This document shows, piece after piece, positions 59,912 through 64,000 of a stretch of 64,000 nt of DNA. The notes beneath the pieces were generated by a model. The model did no database searches, was not told the DNA's origin, and saw only the letters and a list, made by a program, of their open reading frames with translations. Each line of letters begins with the position of its first letter. Within the stretch, counting starts at the first letter, position 1. This DNA comes from Spirochaetota bacterium. GTDB lineage: Bacteria > Spirochaetota > UBA12135 > COTS27 > CAXSBA01. The position numbers were made by a program, and so were the translations under genes. The stretch covers positions 160,354 to 224,353 of the forward strand of contig OZ245054.1 in NCBI GenBank assembly GCA_965224715.1. Direction: 5' to 3'.

Positions 59912-62273
59912 TATCTTTAATGATAATAACCAATTCAGCTAACTCTTTATCTACCTTGAACTTAAATTCTTCATTTTTTTCATCATAGACTCCGTCTTGA
60001 GGAATGACCAAGGAAACAGTTCGCCGATCTCCACTATATTTTACCGACTCAATCGTGGAAAAAACATCCTTCACCTGGAAACTCAGGGTATCATCTACCC
60101 ATCTAATTCGTTCTATTACTGGAGGTTTATTGTCAAATATCTGTTGAACTGTCATTGCCTCATCGTAATAAACTTCCTCTTTACGGTTTTGAATAGAATC
60201 CTTAGCTACCACCTTGAATTGATAAATCCCATCAATAAATTTATAACCATCCAACTGGATCATAGTATTGAAATAATTATCACGAAACTTGTACCAAGTT
60301 TCTGGAGAGGACGAATCGTAGTTCCGATAATAAAGGGTATAAACTAAATTATCTTCATCCAAATTCTCTACTTCCCATTTAAGAACATATTCTTTTTTCC
60401 CAATCTTGGGAAAGGGAAGAAGAGATGTATTGGGATTAAGTGAGGGGATAAGAGCCTTATCCTCCGTTGAATAAACTGTATTAAGAGAATGATCGGCACT
60501 ATAAACATCAAAGAGACCTTCGGATAATTGATCTTGAGATTGAGGTTGAACCCCCCCAGATCCAATCAGTAAAGGGTTGGGATCTTGCTTATAAATTTTA
60601 AAACTCTTAATCTGATGAGGTGAATTTTTCTTCCCATAAAATATTTTAACTTTTTTGATCAGAGCAGAGTCACTCTCAAAAGGTTGAGTAGCGAAAGGTT
60701 TTCTTGACGTTGAATGAGATGTGAAAGACAATTTTATTTGTAGAAAACGATTAGGAGGGCTGTGGATTTTTCCATCAGTCTCACTCCAAGACGACCAATC
60801 CATTACTGGGGTGATCGGAAGAAATTCTTCCGAGTTAGGAGAAGATTTTTCTGATTGGCTTTCATCCTGAACCGGAGACTGAGAACTCCCAGAACGAGTA
60901 AATATCTTGACTGAGGCAGGGGGATTATGATTTTCTACAATCAGATTCCCCCAAAGAACCACTTCATTGAAGTCAAAGACCTTACTTAAATATTCTCCCT
61001 GAGATGCCATCCTTGGTTCCAAACGATAAATATTTCCTTGATTGGCCAAGGTAAAATAAATTCGGTCTTTAAATAAATAGAAGGCAGAAAGACTACTTGA
61101 AGAATGGGAAAAGATTTTCTCCGAACGCGGCAAAGACCCTTTAATAAATTCAACCTGATAAATTTCTGCATTCTCTAAGATCCCAATATAAAGACGATGT
61201 TGGGATTTATGGTATATAAGACGGATCAAGTTTTTATTTTCGAATCTATAAATAAAGTTCAATTCACGATCCGGTTTAATCCTAACTAAGAAATTCTCAT
61301 AACCTCTTCCCCCCGAAGAAATATTAGCCATTCCACCTAATGTGCCAGATAAATTATTGAGATCGACGTCTTCCCCTTTCAAAATTTCCTTACTACCCCC
61401 ATTATCTCCTTCTGTTAAAGCTATGTTGTTGACTGTTGCCCCAGAGCCAGAGGTGATGAGATAAACATCATCATTCAAAAAAAGAAAGTCAGGAATATCT
61501 TTTTCTCCAGCATCAAAAACAACTTCCAACTTTCCTTTACCGATATCGGCAACTTTGATCCGATAGAGTTTTCCTGAGGTGGAAACCGAAAGATATAGAT
61601 AAGGAATTCCTTTTATCTTTTGAAAATCTATTTTAAGAACATTGGGTTCAGCCAAGACTAAGGAAGGGGTTTTCCACGCCTCATTTTTATCTTTCGATTG
61701 ATCTAATGGGATACGAAATACTTTTCCTCTCTCACCCCCGGTAGCCACCCAAAGATCATTTCCATGTTTTTTTAAATCCCAGATAAACTGTTCTCCTGTC
61801 TCTGCCCATACGGATTTCTTTTTACTTAAATCACTCTCACTAAGATCTTTGGGAATTGGTATTGAGAAAATCTTGCCCTCAGGGCCACTGCCGAAATATA
61901 GGGAGTCCTTGATCTTCATCATTGAGGTGATTTCCTTATCGGGAAGTTGTAAATGAACTTGTACCTTATCATTTTGGATAGCATAGACTTTTCCCTCACT
62001 TCCAGTAGCTACCCAAGTTTTCGATCCATCTTGTAAGATGTCCCATACTACCGAAGCTTCAACTGAAAAAACCTTATCCACCTTTGGGGTCAATTGCAAA
62101 TTCTTGTCTCGGTTGATGAAGGTGTTTTGATATTCACCTTGACTCCAGGAATCTCCTTCTAATACCAAACTCTTGGTTTTATAGCCCCAAACAAATGAAC
62201 AGTAAATTGTTATCCATAAAATAAATAAAATAATTGTTTTTAGTTTTATCATTCTTTCCAAAACAGTTGACAT
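59868..62273 (-). CDS. Exported beta-propeller (WD40-like) protein with C-terminal FN3-like domain
   Basis: Signal peptide, repeated WVATG..GKVY / YFGSG..GKIF blades, DWSSWS, DGIYQFKVVAKD. Confidence 0.75.
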   Translation of the reverse strand: MSTVLERMIKLKTIILFILWITIYCSFVWGYKTKSLVLEGDSWSQGEYQNTFINRDKNLQLTPKVDKVFSVEASVVWDILQDGSKTWVATGSEGKVYAIQNDKVQVHLQLPDKEITSMMKIKDSLYFGSGPEGKIFSIPIPKDLSESDLSKKKSVWAETGEQFIWDLKKHGNDLWVATGGERGKVFRIPLDQSKDKNEAWKTPSLVLAEPNVLKIDFQKIKGIPYLYLSVSTSGKLYRIKVADIGKGKLEVVFDAGEKDIPDFLFLNDDVYLITSGSGATVNNIALTEGDNGGSKEILKGEDVDLNNLSGTLGGMANISSGGRGYENFLVRIKPDRELNFIYRFENKNLIRLIYHKSQHRLYIGILENAEIYQVEFIKGSLPRSEKIFSHSSSSLSAFYLFKDRIYFTLANQGNIYRLEPRMASQGEYLSKVFDFNEVVLWGNLIVENHNPPASVKIFTRSGSSQSPVQDESQSEKSSPNSEEFLPITPVMDWSSWSETDGKIHSPPNRFLQIKLSFTSHSTSRKPFATQPFESDSALIKKVKIFYGKKNSPHQIKSFKIYKQDPNPLLIGSGGVQPQSQDQLSEGLFDVYSADHSLNTVYSTEDKALIPSLNPNTSLLPFPKIGKKEYVLKWEVENLDEDNLVYTLYYRNYDSSSPETWYKFRDNYFNTMIQLDGYKFIDGIYQFKVVAKDSIQNRKEEVYYDEAMTVQQIFDNKPPVIERIRWVDDTLSFQVKDVFSTIESVKYSGDRRTVSLVIPQDGVYDEKNEEFKFKVDKELAELVIIIKDSADNILYDNASKNP

Positions 62274-62293
62274 AATATTTGATCCTTATTAAT

Positions 62294-64000
62294 TTAATCC
62301 TTATAGTTTGAATCCACCTGATAGTTAAAAGTCAGAAAACCATCCACACTCTCTTCCAAGTCATAGTCATAATATTTGACATTGGCAACACTGCCCTTTT
62401 CATTATGAAGGGAACGGAGGAGAAGTTTTTTTTGAATGACGGGTAGTTGCTGATAAACATTATCTTTAATTTTTAAACCAGCCTCTTCCAAGTTCCAAAT
62501 ACTGAGTTGAGAAGAAGAGGGGCGCGATTCAATAAATTTGGAGATACCTTCAAAAGTTTTTAAGGAATAGGGACTCATAAAATTTTGAGTCAACCAACGG
62601 AGTTGAGCTGAACTTATCGCCAAATTATGATTCCCATCTGGGGTATCGATAGGGATTGAGTAATGAAAATCACGATATATTCGTGGTTTTTGATAACGGT
62701 CGAACCCTACTTGGAAACGGATCATCTCACCAGGACGATAAATTTTTCGAGGAATTCTTATAGCTGCCGCCTGCATATATTTATAGCCAGAATGAGCGAT
62801 AATATTTACTTTGATATTGGTCACTATCCCGACCTCCCAGGAATTATGATGAATCATATCGATTACTTCACTTAAATTGGCAACAATCCAGTTAATTCCA
62901 TTTCTAGTATTCAGAGAACTGTTATGGTCAAAAAAAGTAATGGATCGAGGAACACCGGATTGATTTGAAGTTATTGAAGGAAGAGAGTGGTCAGAATAAT
63001 CAATGAAGTCTAAACGAATTGAATAATCCAAACTCACCGGTTGACTGTCATTCTCCATCCAGGAATAGATCTGAGAAATACCATAGTTAACCAAAGATGA
63101 AGATATTTGTTTATCATTCACCACCTCAAAACGATAGGTATCTTTGTGAAGCGGGGTATCTAAAACTAATTCTACTGGAAGATAGGAGGCTCGGCCTCCT
63201 ATCTTCCCAAGAATCCCCGGCTGACGATCTTGTTCGATGGTACCGATTTCTTTTACCAAACTACCCATTTTGAAAGATGCAGTTTGAATAGGAAGAACCA
63301 TCTCAGTACGAGCATGATAGAGGGGGAGACGGACGGCTCCCTGTTTCCCCATATCGTGTCCAAAAGCAAGAATAGTATCTCCTTGAACATAGGTAACCGT
63401 ACCAAAAATATTTATTTCTACAGCACCCCTTATTAAATTAACACCGATATAATCTCCCGGAATCAGTTTATCCAAATTACCCTGATTCAACGACAGCTCA
63501 TTCTCCAATATCCCCGATCCCACTCCTTGAAGAGGCATCGGCATAAAGGTAGGATTAAGTCCCATTCCAGAAAAAAGATTTTTTTGAAGTAACTCCCAAC
63601 CAAAGGGAATTTTCTGATTAATCCCATGAATTCCAGGAGTTGACCAAGATACTAAAATAGGAAGAGAACTTTTTTCTAAAGTTTGAGAGATATTTTCATT
63701 GTGTTTATGAAATTTAAAAATCTTTGATTTTGACTCCTGATTCAAACTCCCAAACGGCAAATCAGATCTAGACTCAATCAATTTTTGAAGACTCCTGGCT
63801 TTTTGGGACAAAGAAGGATAACTCAGCAAATACTCATAATATTCTGGAGTGGCTTGCTTCAATATTTGAGGCGAATAAATCCATTTATCTAAATTGTGAC
63901 TATTCGGAGAATGACGACTTTCATTCCATCCATCTCCAATACCATAACTATCATGAGACTCTTTCCCTTGATAATCAATGATAGGAAGCATCTCCTCAAT
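62294..64000 (-). CDS. SpoIVB/S55 peptidase-domain protein, 5' truncated by the window edge
   Basis: GTVTYV..ILAFGH, ASFKMG, GTIEQDRQPGI. The frame stays open to the window end (IEEML), and the catalytic Ser region lies outside. Confidence 0.8.
   Translation of the reverse strand: MEEMLPIIDYQGKESHDSYGIGDGWNESRHSPNSHNLDKWIYSPQILKQATPEYYEYLLSYPSLSQKARSLQKLIESRSDLPFGSLNQESKSKIFKFHKHNENISQTLEKSSLPILVSWSTPGIHGINQKIPFGWELLQKNLFSGMGLNPTFMPMPLQGVGSGILENELSLNQGNLDKLIPGDYIGVNLIRGAVEINIFGTVTYVQGDTILAFGHDMGKQGAVRLPLYHARTEMVLPIQTASFKMGSLVKEIGTIEQDRQPGILGKIGGRASYLPVELVLDTPLHKDTYRFEVVNDKQISSSLVNYGISQIYSWMENDSQPVSLDYSIRLDFIDYSDHSLPSITSNQSGVPRSITFFDHNSSLNTRNGINWIVANLSEVIDMIHHNSWEVGIVTNIKVNIIAHSGYKYMQAAAIRIPRKIYRPGEMIRFQVGFDRYQKPRIYRDFHYSIPIDTPDGNHNLAISSAQLRWLTQNFMSPYSLKTFEGISKFIESRPSSSQLSIWNLEEAGLKIKDNVYQQLPVIQKKLLLRSLHNEKGSVANVKYYDYDLEESVDGFLTFNYQVDSNYKD

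Noticed and set aside
227-63436. Numerous short antisense or overlapping ORFs in the track (e.g. 12421-12771, 40105-40548, 46332-46904, 38832-39122, 20548-20793)
   Set aside because: They are shadows of well-supported genes, with no recognisable motifs.

Overview
AT-rich bacterial chromosome segment, most likely from a Spirochaetota member (inferred from the RpoC motif [36 protein letters not shown] and gene context). It carries the tRNA-Thr/tRNA-Trp-secE-nusG-rplKAJL-rpoBC cluster running directly into a hypothetical gene and uvrB. It also has an ECF sigma/anti-sigma/metal-sensor/EF-hand module, a PspA-DUF350 envelope-stress operon ending in thrC, rarA, class Ia nrdAB, coaBC, trhO, menE, an orphan adenine methyltransferase, rbfA-asd, mutS, cmoB, a truncated S55 peptidase and two large surface lipoproteins. 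The most notable observations are: (1) a rubredoxin-like four-Cys metal-binding module inserted into RNA polymerase beta; (2) an integrase-free 2.4-kb polysaccharide-gene island bounded by a 184-bp direct repeat, plus a second, more decayed promoter-region duplication around a large adhesin gene; (3) a bacilliredoxin-rhodanese fusion; (4) a PspA operon headed by an exported protein with an RGF-rich low-complexity tail; (5) a G16 tract in the 5' end of a lipoprotein gene. All calls come from motif recognition by eye. No searches were run.
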